Below, piece after piece: positions 37,201-49,645 of a stretch of 64,000 nucleotides of DNA. The notes beneath the pieces are model-generated. The model was not told the DNA's origin, ran no database searches, and saw only the letters and a program-made list of their open reading frames with translations. A program made the translations under genes and the position numbers. How positions within the stretch are numbered: the first letter of the stretch is position 1; each line of letters starts with the position of its first letter. Source of the stretch: Ophelia neglecta (taxonomy: Eukaryota); the NCBI GenBank assembly GCA_965285935.1, contig OZ260664.1, forward strand, positions 26,846,001 to 26,910,000, given 5' to 3'.

Positions 37201-40200
37201 CTACCAATAGATGCCAACTTCTCCCAGTGGAACCCATCACGTGGTCGGTATGCTACCAATCAATTACCAGCGGATTCGGCTGTCAAGCTGCTAAGCCGTG
37301 TCCAATAAACAACATTACGGCGTCTGACAGAATGAAATAACAATTAATTTTATACTAAGGCGCTTTAATTTGTCTGTGTTTAATGGCAGGCATGTTAACT
37401 TTCCGTGCCTGGTCTTCTTATTTCTTTTTTGGCGGGGGGGGGGGGGGGGTTGTGAGGAGCTGGGGAGGGGGGGGGGCACAATTCGTGTGAATATGCATTT
37501 AACTTGCAATATTATTTATATGGACATCACACTACCTGCAAATCGTAAAGGGGCCCACACGTGTGACCAGTTCCCTACATTTTCCGATAATGGAAATGCC
37601 AGTTGATTAAATCATGACCAAACTTCCAGCTCCTATGAACGTTTGCATTTACTGAACACGACCGGAAGATCCTGTTAATGTGCAGGGGAGAAAGAGGAGG
37701 TGCCCTGACCGGAAATAGTTTTCTTGCCCTTCCATGTCCGTGTTAATACGCTGGTTGAACAAAACACCTCAGTTTTCAGAATTGCCCTGCGAACGCCAAT
37801 TAACTATATTCCTATAGTAATCATATCTATTCAATAAACGAGTTATGATGGCTTGTTCTTCGTCTTTGTCCATAAAACGTATGGTCGATGACAAACTACC
37901 TTACCATCAAAACGGTGGCATGAGGCCAGTCGAAACGGTAGAAATAAAGTCAATATTTTAAGACAGTGATTTGGTCTTCATATACGTGGCTGCTAAATAT
38001 CTTCCCTTACTAGGCGTAAAGAACATTGCAACCTCTTATATGTTTTAGCCAAAAAAAAAAGAATAAAAGATACCCGGCGGTCAAACCAAAATCGAAAATT
38101 GTAGTCCACAAGCCTTCAGATAATACCGGCCCCATTAAGTCTGGAGAATTTCCGTTCCAAATTTAAACTGGTCATGTGATGTCAGAAATCAGGATGCCTA
38201 ATGATCTAACTAGAACCATCAAGGCATCATACCACCTTTCAGCGGGACATTGTGAGGGTAAGACTGGTACAGGAAACCTGTTGCTTAACGAGCCGGCGCC
38301 TTAGACCGGGTCGTAGAAGGCCACTTTTGGGAATAAGGTGCCAGAAGATGCATCGTGGAGAGGAATGCAGCAGACATGTTTAACCCACTCCCTCTACCTA
38401 TTTAAATATGTGTCAAAACGTTTGACCCCCTCCCACTTAATTAGCAGCCTCTTGGATGTTCAGAACGACCCCCTGGGCTTAGCGATCAATGTGTTACCAG
38501 GATGCCTTCTCCTGATGTTCAAAGTTAGCTCCTACCCGGGATAGCTGCCAATTAAATTTAAAAAACAGTCAGAATTCTCGGCACAAATGACAGCCGGGAT
38601 GAAAAAGGATCAGATAGGCCTTCGGAGGCTACCAATTACATTTACTAAATACAAGATGTGTCCTCCAGGCTCGTATAAAACAGTGAAACTGATCGGGAGC
38701 GGCCATATTGAGCACTACATTTTTCAAATGATAGGAACAAGTTTTTTTGGTATACCAAACACCATACAGTTAAAAACCGCCAAACAAGTCGTTGGGAGTA
38801 TGAATTCTTGGCTTATTCGATACCCTTGTCAGCATGGCGGGGTAACTAGTTGTAGAATTATGTACATTCACCAAACCTTTATGCCGACTAGCTATTGAGT
38901 ATATAGAATATTCCCGGATTTCTACAAAAATAATGGTGGTTCAATATAGCGGCATAAATAAATGATGGCGTCCGAAGAACGTAACTTCGCGAATATTATT
39001 TGTTCACGCACTTATGGGATAACGTTCTGAATGAGGTTGATTTTTTCAAAACCAAGCCAATAGTTGAGAGCCTTTGATTACTGTCAACTTACTTTAAATT
39101 GTTTAGAAGTCAGGCAGGAATATTATTATCGTTAAAAGTGGACAAGTGAAATGGTCATCAAATCAACAAATTTCTTCATTTTATTCCGTTTAGTTTAATT
39201 AAAATATAATTAAAATATATTTATTAAGAATTATACACTGATATTTCAATAGTATTCAACTCTTCGCGTGCGGAAGAAATAAACCCACATACAATTTTAT
39301 AAGTATTATAAGTATACCCCTATAGGATGAGGTCGCTTATTTTGGAAAGCTAACGATTGCCTTATATCAATGACAAAAATATATTGCACGTGTGCGTATA
39401 TTATGTTTACTATAAAGGGACATGGGGCAGCTGTATTATCAGAGACTGGTGGGTCAAGTCTACGGCTTCCATCAGTTTTATATATCGCCGATTTTGGCCA
39501 GGGGAGAAGAATATATACAAAAATATAAACATAACTGCCCTATCCCCGCGTCATATCATAATATATATTCGTATATACATAAATACATACATAGGCTATT
39601 GTGTATTATTATATAACACAGAATAATACAGAGAACTTGAGAATGCATGGAGGCTATTATATAGAAATTGTTATGAGTGGATCATGCTTCACCACAATGC
39701 AAGTATAGTTCAGGTGTATACATTGTATCGTATTCGAGGTTCATTGACGTGAAAAAAAGGGTTATTTGTCTTTATTTGTCAGACATTTGCGTGAACAACC
39801 CGACAGATGCAATGAAAGAGAATGGGTGCTGTCAATTTTCACTTTCGGTAGGCATGGAAAAGCCATTGCCAAGTCGCCCTCAAGTCTGCTCGGCATCAAA
39901 GTACCACCAAAGTTTTCAGTATTTAACTACGCGGCCCGCCTTAAATCAGTTTCCTATCAGCTCAGCGCATGTTCTCTCTAATGTATTTTCCAATAGTCAC
40001 GATTGTAAGAGCAAGGGCTACAATCACGGGCTATTTTCAGTTCTTGGAACAAGCCTTTAAAAGGCGTAGGCCTATAGGTGTTGTTCAGGTGTCTTATTGT
40101 GTGGCCAATGCTATCATTTCGAAATCATTTGCAACTTCGAATTATCTAATAAATAAAGTTATTTTTCTGTGTATTTGAGTAGGAAGTACCATGTTGGGAA

Positions 40201-42900
40201 GGGCAAGGAGTCTTAATACACTTCCGGTAGGAATTTAAAGTTAAGGCCACTACCCTTATTGCCAATTCTAGGCGGCAACGAAGTAAACTAAGAAAGCTGG
40301 TGTTTAACGTCTAGTAAACAAATTCAGCCCAATGTCAACTCGGCCCAATTTCAACTCAGCACAAAGTCAGTTTTATAAAAGTGAAAGGAAATTCGCGCTA
40401 GCTAAAGTGGCCATGGTATATACCATGAAAAACTTGCAAGATACAATTTTCAACACTCATTTTAGACCGGGTCATTGGAAGTGTAGCTGCATGCAGGTAT
40501 TTGGGTTTTGATATATAAAGAGCCTATTTCTCGTATTATTAACTTTAAGAAGTTGGATAAGATACGTTTTAGCAACTTAGGAGCCGGGTTCCGTTAAGAT
40601 TTGAGTACCGTTGCTCTCACTGTAAAGGCGATAATTGTTAAGAATCTAATTCCACTTCCTGTCACTGTTTCGAAAAGGGAAATCCGAAAAAGCGACCCGG
40701 TAGGAGCATATACATGTATGCGACGTCATACAATAGTTACGTCGCTTCTTTTATTGGGCACCAAATGTCGACAAATACTGTAGTCCATGCATTGGTTGTT
40801 TTGATAATAGAGAACTCCAGATAGTTTTTGATAATTTGGCCCATGCGTGACGGCAACTCTACATTCATAAAACAAGACAGGCACTATAACTGTTGGCATA
40901 GTTGAATGTTCTGGACCAGCTAAAGGATGTCTCTACATGTTTCTCTGGATCTCTCTTCGAATCGGGGCAGCAATTTTATCCTGTCGAATTAACGTTGTGA
41001 GAACTATAAGATGTAGCTGTTTCAAGGCAACTGTCCTTTCTTTTGATTTAGTGTCCTTCTTTCAATAGTAAGTTTATTGTTGCTTTGGGTCCCATTACAG
41101 TATGAGACTAATGACCCCGGCATAAAGTGCTCTGCATACCAACAAACATGGAACTGCCAATCACCACGAATTCAATATTCCCACTAACCTTGCCAGGACT
41201 CCCCGCGGGCATTTCGATTGGCACAAAATAGTCGAACAAGACACTAACTAATATCAATGTAAATTGCCAGGGGACCACCAACATAATTAACTGCGAGCGG
41301 CCGATTAGTATGCTACTTACTAGTCATAATTATAACAAAGTTACGCTCTCAGCCTATGGCTGTCATTTCATATTGTTCGGTCTTGGCCAATGGGTTGGCT
41401 GATGTGAATGTCAATGTTTTGGCCGAGAACAGTTGCGATGGGCGTTTTAAGCCAGCTCAAATGACAATTGGGGGGCATAAAACTGGCATAACGGCCGTTA
41501 TCGCCAGGCAATTCTCCCAGTTTATGAGTTTCCCTGTCCACAACAATAGCGAGAACAAAAACTTTTAAAAGTTCGTTTATGGAATAGTCTTGAATAGCAC
41601 TTGTTGTTTGGCCTTTTGGTTTGTATTATATACAATAGCCACCCGGAGGCCGTTAAAAGGACACAGCAAAAACAAATATAGAGCGACGGACCCTACATAG
41701 ATTTAAAGGCTATTGATTAAACCCGGACGTGCGGAAGCTATGCGTACGCGGAGGTCATGGGTATTTCAGAGTGCCAGGAAGCAAAAAAGCGTCAACAAGG
41801 TTAGGGTTAGGGCTGAGGGTTAATTTCAGGGTAAAGGGACGGGTTAGAGAGATGATGATTAGGTCTTGTGCTCTGTTTTCATTTCGGGATTTACCTCCGC
41901 AAGGCTCCGCGCTTCTGCTTATACCAAAGCCGATTTGAACAAATCAAATGAACCAGGTCACGGCCTGGCACCGGAAACGTACATAAAACGTTACCGTATT
42001 TCCGTTACCAATGGTAGACCTACTCAACACAGAGTTTATCTTGACTGTGCGCCAGTTTGCTGCTAGGCTGCAGCCACCTTTTCTCCTGAAAAGATCTCAA
42101 GAGGACATAATATCCTAATGGCACACGTAACTTGATTGCGAGTTGAAACGCAACGGTTAGAAAAAGTACACAAAGTACTTTATTTCCAGTATTGTGGAAG
42201 TTTAAACCATTCACTATAGACCCACCAATCCCCAGGTGCACATAAAATAAGAAGCAACTGTTTGTTGTTCCTGGGTGTTAGAGCGACAATCGTCGCCTAA
42301 AAGGTGTGCGCCTGATTAAATTGGACCTACAGCTGGCGACACCTGTTTCTTTTCTGGAGTGTCTGCTACAAACTTTAGCTCATCGGTTACAAGCTTGATT
42401 TATTACTCTGAGGCAGCAGACAATACTGCTCAATCTGACGAAAAGATCCCATTTGTTTGCTTCAAGACTAATTTTTTGTCCGATAGATTTATCAGACGCT
42501 AAATTTCATTTGGTCCCAATGGCAAGCGAAGCGGCTGAAATTCAGTCAATAAATGGTGAGGGCGCAAACAACAGATCGCTGCAAATATTGAGTACATGTA
42601 CTAAATAAGAGCTTGTCCACTATTTTATGGTTAGATTGTTGAGTGTTTTCAGCCGCAGGCATCATAAAAAATCTTGTCCATGTAAAATCACGTCATCGTG
42701 CCAAGGTACTTTCCCACTTCACAATGTTTAATATATCTTTTTAACATCTTTATCTGATTTTGATCAACTCTAGTAACATTAAATATTGCTTTTATCCTCC
42801 CCAAGAACGATTTTAACCACTTACCGTGAACAAAACACAGCAGGACCAAAAGAAGAGTCCAAGACAACACCTTTACGCCCTGTTGTGCCCCAGGATTCAT
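24699..42900 (-). CDS. Nicotinic acetylcholine receptor alpha-like Cys-loop ligand-gated ion channel subunit, 501 aa, 7 coding exons (42900-42825, 31369-31215, 30992-30948, 27092-26986, 26128-25913, 25780-25464, 25288-24699)
   Basis: Signal peptide; EEKLLEYLFQDYNPSARPV; WKDERLTW; IWRPE; Cys-loop CHIDITYYPFDEQTC; loop B FGAWSY; NGEW; vicinal CC in loop C; M1-M4 with EWVHVAAVCDRLFFW. All junctions are GT-AG and phase-compatible (1,0,0,2,2,1); the total of 1506 nt equals 501 aa plus TAG. Confidence 0.93.
25464..25780 (-). CDS. Receptor exon: loop C, M1, M2, M2-M3 loop
   Basis: DNYEKNGEW...FECCPNQRF...LRRRHTFYIMNVILP...PRTSDHVPLLG|gtaaaa. Confidence 0.93.
25913..26128 (-). CDS. Receptor exon: Cys-loop and loop B
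   Basis: DGSVRWEPGGVFKTMCHIDITYYPFDEQTCELIFGAWSY; cactag| acceptor and |gtgagt donor. Confidence 0.93.
26986..27092 (-). CDS. Receptor exon: WxD motif to loop A (not in ORF track)
   Basis: EWKDERLTWDREISSLDTIVVDGKKIWRPEFAVING; ttctttag| acceptor and |gtaaat donor. Confidence 0.9.
30384..30527. repeat. 59-bp tandem repeat, ~2.4 perfect copies (intronic)
   Basis: gtttagacgataacagagctgcgatcttatcacattctgtgtccacataggcctacgtt starts at 30384, 30443 and 30502. Confidence 0.9.
30948..30992 (-). CDS. Receptor 45-nt micro-exon (loop D; not in ORF track)
   Basis: NVRSQILTSTGLLIM, phase 0/0, cattttag| acceptor and |gtatgt donor; matches the conserved 45-nt nAChR exon (DEKNQVLTTNIWLQM in alpha7). Confidence 0.88.
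31215..31369 (-). CDS. Receptor exon: N-terminal helix to beta1
   Basis: AISLTYKVQSDEEKLLEYLFQDYNPSARPVLNSSKTVQVNLQFSLLLLQEL; aatttcag| acceptor and |gtaagt donor. Confidence 0.92.
33486..33923. repeat. 53-bp minisatellite, ~8.3 copies, with 3-unit (159-bp) higher-order periodicity
   Basis: Unit cagtYcctggtaNaagatatgacactNgggattccgtatgggcctgtgatgaa; diagnostic variants recur every third copy. Confidence 0.92.
34243..34310. repeat. 33-bp tandem duplication
   Basis: agttctgYtcatattatataYatttcttactaa x2. Confidence 0.8.
34680..35640 (-). mobile_element. Decayed non-LTR retrotransposon (L2/CR1-type LINE) reverse-transcriptase fragment in a receptor intron
   Basis: Frameshifted remnants FNTVDPRHLTHRL (cf. 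AFDTVDHxILLxRL) and VTVNG...CGVPKGSVLGPILL..YT...DTIRKH (cf. GVPQGSVLGP); YADD not intact; boundaries approximate. Confidence 0.8.
42825..42900 (-). CDS. Receptor first coding exon: signal peptide
   Basis: MNPGAQQGVKVLSWTLLLVLLCFVH-G ending in the phase-1 donor CAC G|gtaagt, compatible with the phase-1 acceptor at 31369 (11.5-kb intron). Confidence 0.8.
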
Positions 42901-45489
42901 CACGAACGGAAACACCAATCACCTGATGCGGACAACGGTCACATTTGAATTTAAAGTTTGTATGTTTGTTACTTTGCTATGGCAAGATATGTATGTTTCT
43001 TGGTTATTATCCATGTGGATCGTTGTCATGTGGCTCCGGCTAATAGCACACATGTGTGTCAGAAAGAACTACTGCCTGGAATACCCCTGTTGGAGTTCCA
43101 TCACATCAAGCACGCCGTTGTTTGACCGCCTTTATGCGCACATGTGTGTGAGTCAATACCTGAGGATTTGAATAGTCCAATCACTACCACGTGTTTGGTA
43201 TGGTGAACTCTGCCGCTGGACCACCCGCTTTCAACAGATAAGCTACGTACTAGATACGCTTGATAGGTCTGAAGGTTGTTCCAGTTACCCAGGATTCCTG
43301 TCCCGGTATTTGAACTTTCTGCTACTGAAGTAGACAGGAGTGTGAACGTCACTTCCAGATCTGCTCGGCTTTGATGGTAGTTATCGCCTCGTGCCCCGAG
43401 CAGACTACCACCACAGTCTGACTACAGGTTGTGGCCAGACCGATGGTACGTACGTGTGAAGGTTAACAGGGGGCAACAATCAGGGCAAAATTGTTTCGGC
43501 GAACGTAACCGTGTGTTTAGAAATAGTTGTAGTCAGTAGTGGCGCAGTGGTAGGCCTAAGAAGTCCCTGGCACCGGAGCGTCTGGGCGTGGTGAGATTGA
43601 TCAGGCGGAGGCAGTTGGTAGTGGAAGTAATGAGGTCGTGAATCTGTTCACGGGAGACACGGCACCACACATGAGTCCCCTCTCCATGTGGCCTGAAAGT
43701 ACGCAATTAACATCTCAATTATAAACTAAAAAAATTGTTAGCGACATCATCAACTGAATATTATTATAGGCCTATACTTTGCAAATCAGAAGATGCATAT
43801 AGGCCTATTCAGCACAAAACGAACCCATTAAGCTGCAATGTAAAATATATTTCAGTATGTCATCCGCATGATGAAAGACGAAACGTTAGGAAGAACATTC
43901 ACTTACACAAGTGATGCACTTTAAAGCTGACAATGATACCCTTGAATCAATCTAAAGGATGTCATCACAAGGACTTCGAAATGGATTATTTCCATGCCGG
44001 TCGTTCGATAATGGGTAAAATACATCAAAAGATGATCTTTTTTTTTCTAAAAATCAACTATAAGGTTTTGAAATGTAAATAATCCGTACAGTTTCCGCCT
44101 GTTAAAAATGTTATATTTGAGATCCGGAAAGGCAATACTGAGTACGTAGAACTGTGAATATATAGAGATGACAGAATGGACAAATATATAGGAACCGTGC
44201 AACTATCTGAAACTGTATTAATTTACCAGCGGTCCACCATTATCAAGACAGCTATAAATACCGATTCCTCCTTTAAATTAAATGCGAAACTATGACAATA
44301 TACAATGTATGTTACATAATTCATGGTGTTTTTCGAAAACACACATTCCCAAAAATGAACTCAAGTATAAATATGGTATCACATTCCCCAAAGCTGTCTC
44401 AACATCTACCAAGCCTTGGTCGATTTGACGTGTCTTTCCTTCTCTTTCAAAGCGTTAAGTTAAACGATTGTCAGTGAATATTTTATCACGGCTGTCAGAC
44501 GCTCATCTAAGTCCGGGAACTTTACTTCCCATAAATCCTCAAAGATTCCATAAGATTAAATGGTCCATTGACTACAATGCGATAACAAGAGATTGCACAG
44601 TTCAGCACCTGACATAATGCTCGTAGTCATGCTTCCCCGCCTTCCTTGACGACAGCTAGTCTCGCGAGACTTTTTTCTAATGAGACTTGTCAGTACTTCC
44701 GGTTCCATCAATATTACTCGGTAGCATGATCTGTTCCATCATCAAAGTAAAATCGACCTAAACGAATCGATTTAAAGGTGACTGAGGAAAAGCGATATCA
44801 TGGTGGTGAATAATGAATCAAACAAAAACGGAAAATCAGTCATAACATGATAGAATATAAACAATTATTAGAACGAATCGCAAACAAAATATGTTTACCA
44901 AGCTTTTAGCAGAATTGGAAAAAAGGCACACAAGTCGAAGGGTAGCGGATCGATCATTTCAAACTAGATGTTGTCTTCACAGTAATCCACGGGACACTAT
45001 CCAAGACCAATATTTACTATCTACAATTGACCAAGATTACTAAAGGGGGTAACATGCTTAAGTTGATTTTAAATGATGATTATGTTGTTATATGTTCGCA
45101 AAAACAAGAGTTATTCCAATTTAAAAAGTTGACAGGTGATATTGCTGCAGAAGGTCACCAAACAACGTTTTGCATAGATGGCGTATTTGGCTACAATAAA
45201 ATGTTTTGTTACGCGACATGAAAATTTAACATCAACATTTAGCGAACAATCATTTTGCAGCAAAGTGGGAGCCTATGTTGGTGGAGGAAGGCACCGGATA
45301 TGTCAATAAGAAAATTTACTGACAACGGAAGAAGGATATGGGTATTGCTAGCGCGTCGGAGAGTGGGTGCTGCCGTGGGCTTGTGCCGCCCCAGGCCGGG
45401 GATTATCTATAGCCATTGGGAATTCTGTTTTTATTTATTTTTTGGGAGAAGGCCCATCGGGGCAAAGAGTCTGTCATATTTTTAAAGTA

Positions 45490-46445
45490 AGGCCTCTCGT
45501 GGCACAAAAGGAGTTTCTCCTAAATTAACGATAAACCTCTCGAGGCACAAAAAGGATTCTATACAACACAGCAAAATATATAGGGCCACTGAAAAGTCTT
45601 TCTTTAAAAAGCAGGTCTCTCCGGGCACAAAGGAGTCGCTCTCACATAACAATGCCTCTCGCGGGACAAAAGAGTCCCTCTTATATCATGAAGCTTCTCG
45701 TGATACAAAGGAGTCTCTCTTCCCTATACCTCTTGCGGCACAAAGGAGTCTGCAATATACAATAAAGCCGCTGGTGGCTCAAGGGAGTCTATCATATATC
45801 TAAGGCCACTAATATGTCTTTAATTCCAGAGGGGAACTCTCGCGGCACAAATCAGTACATTTTATGCCAGGAAACCATTCGTGGTATAAAGCGTCTCTCA
45901 TCTAAAGTAAGGTATCTTGTGGCTCAAGAGAGCCAATGTTAAATGAGACTATGCCTCTCGAGGCACAAGGGACTGTCATCAAAATTGAGGCCTCTGACGG
46001 CATAAGGCAGTCTACATTATATAACGAAGTCCTAGGGCCTCTAGGAAGTTTGTATTTCAGGAGGAGGTGTCTCGCGGCACCAAGGAGCACTAACCATTAA
46101 GGCATCTCGTTGCACAAAGGAGTCAGCCACAAGTAAGGCCTCTCGTGGCAAAAATGAGTCCCTCTTATGTCATTACAACTCGCACGGCACAAAGGAGTCT
46201 GCCCGCATTTGGTGGCTCTAGAGGGTCTACATTACATTGATTTTTGTACCTAGGGCCACTGTGTCGTCTGTTTCTATAGAAGGCCTCTCGAGGCACAAAT
46301 AAGTTCCTCTTGTGACACTAAGCCCCACGCGGCACAAAGGAGTCTGCAATTCGAAATAAGGTCTCTTGTGGCACTAAGGGGTCAGCCACATCAAGTAAGG
46401 CCTCTCGCGACACAGTGGATTCTGCAATACGCCACAAGCCGCGTA
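45490..46445. repeat. Degenerate minisatellite array, ~20+ copies of aaggcctctcgcggcacaaaggagtct with variable linkers
   Basis: Core motif recurs about every 35-42 bp, interrupted by ta(g/a)ggcc(a/t)ct segments near 45580, 45801, 46033 and 46251. Confidence 0.85.
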
Positions 46446-47489
46446 GCTGTCATACGCAACCTAAAACCTATCAGTTTGCGGGCAATTGATTTGAAAGGGA
46501 AACAAAACATTATTGTAGATTTGGTGTTTATTGTTCAGAAAATAAACTTGATACTGTCACATCCATCGTCGGGTTTCCATTCACATAAATCATCCTATGT
46601 GGCTTAAATAAATTATTATCATTGTCGCCAATAAACGCATAATGTCGATTTTAATAAAATACCGGGGTTAATTTTATTGAACACATGTTCAGCCGATGAC
46701 ACAGATTCTGCGATGGTGTAGGATAATTTGTACTCACGTTTAAAGAAGCCTCGGGGGGTTAGGTAATTGCTTGGTCAATCATCTACACTTAGCAAACATA
46801 AGAATAAGGTAAAGTGGCATGATGTTTTTGTTGTTAATGTATTGCACATTTTGCGAAATGTCACAATTTATGTGTGTCCTTCGCATTTCATATGGGCATT
46901 TCTATACACCTTACACCAAACTGTCCTTGCTTATGTAATACAAACTAAATATGAACCAGTCTCTAACATTACATTTGTGTTCAACAAGTCCATCTAGAGA
47001 GTAGCTGCAGCTTAGTGCAAATTAGTACGTTCAGTTTCCGTCGGTAAAATTCACTTAGTGAAATATTGGACTGTTGTGTGTCAACAGTCTATCGAGGTGA
47101 AGAAAATTCCTAGAGGTTACCTACATGGAGAAAACATCCTGTCTCCATCCATGCTCAGTTATTATTTTCTGAAAGCACCGGAAATGGCCGATCAAGTCTC
47201 TGACTTTGCCAGTCTATATACCATTCCAAGCGGAGTTAGCCCTGTTTGTAACTATAAGTTGGACGACACTCTTGCTCATGCTCCCTTCACTGAAGAAACG
47301 CATGAACGTGTTATGGCGGGGAATATTATAATTTGGAAAATGCAAGCTGACTCAAATGTAAATGATCTATAAAATGCATTGGTGTCATTATTTTACATAT
47401 TATGCATAGAATAATCCACATTGGTGAACCGTAAGTTCAGATTTCTTATCATTTTCTATCCCTGCTCCATGCATGAGCCTCTCTCTCTT

Positions 47490-49645
47490 TCGTTCTCTTT
47501 ACGACAAGCACCTCATAATTAGATTATAAGACGTGGTATTGACAAATGCTCCGTTCCTAGTTGTCTCTCTATGTGGCTTTCCCACGAACAATGAGACTAG
47601 TGTTTGTCAAATACTATCGGTCACAGATGCCAAAGAGCAGTTCCCGCGCCGAGTGTTTATCCTTCACGACGACTATCTCTGATGTATACACGTCTACCGG
47701 GAGCAGGCGACTATCGCCGTTTGAAAAGGCATGTTATATTGGGTTATGAATATTGTACTCGGTCGACTTTGTAGGATGTATTGACCCGACGAAAACTGTT
47801 CTCCAGGCCAGTGTATTTTGGTAGAAAATTACCTATAGCGAACACTTTTGTATATATTAAGTCATCCTTGAAGTCTAATAGGTCATTTTTACATAACTAA
47901 ACACTTTTTAGTTGTGTTCGCGCTCGGTCTGCAGGATAAAGAGATACCTGGTGATCCAATAACTAAAGATTTGTTTTTGCTAGAGGTAGTCGCATTGGCG
48001 GCGGGCCTTGACTTCAATTAAGAACCAAATAAATATCTAAGGAGAAGGTGCGGTGTCCCATTTAGCTAGTAGTTAGGCCTACTTACACCCGATTCCAATT
48101 ATACCAGCAGCATAAAGTCTGGAGACCAGTTATGCGAAAAAAAAATACTCGAAGCATTAAATATGTAATTTATGCATGTGTGACGCGCTCACATGGTTAA
48201 CGCTGATTGGCCCAGAAAGCAAATGACGCTTGGCCTGCTTTCGGCGATGACGTTACCACCAGAAGGCAGCGGCACCCAGGGACACAGTGCTCTAGCAAAA
48301 CGCGTCACTTGCCTTCGGGTTTAAATAGGCCAAACGTCATACATAGCAAACCAATTAAAGGCAGCCTTTTTTTAACACATTAATTACACATAGACAATAA
48401 ATTGCGTCAGCAGTAGCTGATGCACACTGTTTTCTAGCACCGTATGATTTCAAACCTTTTTTTTCTGAAAGTCTCCAGACTTTTTGTGGCTGGTATAACT
48501 GGTTCCCAATTAGCTATTAGTTTGTTCAAATGAATTAAGTCCTATTGGTTTCTGGTTCCCAGTTAGCAACTAGATTCTTTTCACAGTCAAATTGGTTACT
48601 GCTTCCCACTTTGGAATTAGTTTGTCATTCAAATTAAATTGGTAAGTGGTTTGGGCGCTTATGAGTTGAGCGCCAATTTTACGGACCACGTGGTGACAAA
48701 CGGGACAAGTTTCTTACTGTCCATTAAATTATCTTCTTCCTGTTTCCCTATGCGACATGTGTTACTTATTCTATTGAGGCAAGCTGTTCGGTGTTTCTCT
48801 TTAGTAGACCTTGCTAACATATCAACCCAAGCCTTGGGAAGCAGCTACCTGACCTCACTTTACAGTAGAAGCAATATAACGAAACAAAAAAAGGACGGGT
48901 CCCATAAACAAAAAGATGATTTCTAATCATTGGGTTGATGTTATACCGTTTGCAATGATGATACACCGAATTATTGTATTGCATTTATCTACATAACAAA
49001 AGCTATGTTTATCCTCTAGGGGGCAGGCATAACCGCTAAGTCCTGACAAAAACTGGATAGAATGGCACATTTATTGCGCATTAGGAAGGAGAAATAGGTT
49101 TGCTGAAAGCTGTTACTTACTGCTAGCTTTCAGGCGCCAGTTTTGGAACTTTGCAGGCTGGCAACATGACGAAAGCTAGTTCCTAAGTGGTGGGAGTAAC
49201 CATTAACTGAAATTTCAGATGTTTTTTAATATTGCATTGATAAGGTTTAAAGTTTTATCAACGAATTAAATCCATGGCAAAGAATGTGCCACAGGCATTA
49301 AGTCATCTTACATTGTTTTCAGATACTGGCAAGAAAAAAATGTGCCATGATTTCCCGAACCATAAGCGTCATGCTCATTGCATGCCCCCCCCCCCCTTTC
49401 CCCTCGCCCTCCCACACCCACACACGCCTCTTTTTACAAGTGCCTCGTAATGAGATTACAAGACAGTATTGACATATGCTCCACTTACAGTGGTCTCTAT
49501 GTTTGGCTTCCCAGCCAACTACCAAATATAGTGTTGGTCAAATACTATCGGTCACTGACGTCAGAGAGCAATTCCAGGGTCCAGTGCGTCTCTTTCCTGG
49601 CCTCTATCTCAACTTTAGATGCTTCTACAGAGGGCAAGCGTAACC
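47490..49645 (+). repeat. Pair of diverged direct repeats (~220 bp; about 47490-47715 and 49430-49645)
   Basis: Shared core gtcaaatactatcggtcac plus flanking agattaYaagac..gtattgaca.atgctcc in both copies. Confidence 0.75.
48095..48502. mobile_element. MITE-like element with ~32-bp imperfect terminal inverted repeats
   Basis: ccaattataccagcagcataaagtctggagac ... gtctccagactttttgtggctggtataactgg; no ORF inside. Confidence 0.7.

Noticed and set aside
38160-38920. GC-richer intronic block with short ORFs
   Set aside because: The frames I translated contain stops and no recognisable motif; possibly an old repeat, but this cannot be supported.
41788-41830. TTAGGG-like tract (ggttagggttagggctgagggtt)
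   Set aside because: Only two perfect units, internal and degenerate; not a telomere, more likely part of a small dispersed repeat.
45490-46445. CRISPR-like repeat/spacer appearance
   Set aside because: Eukaryotic context, repeats too degenerate, linkers too short and mutually related, and no cas genes.
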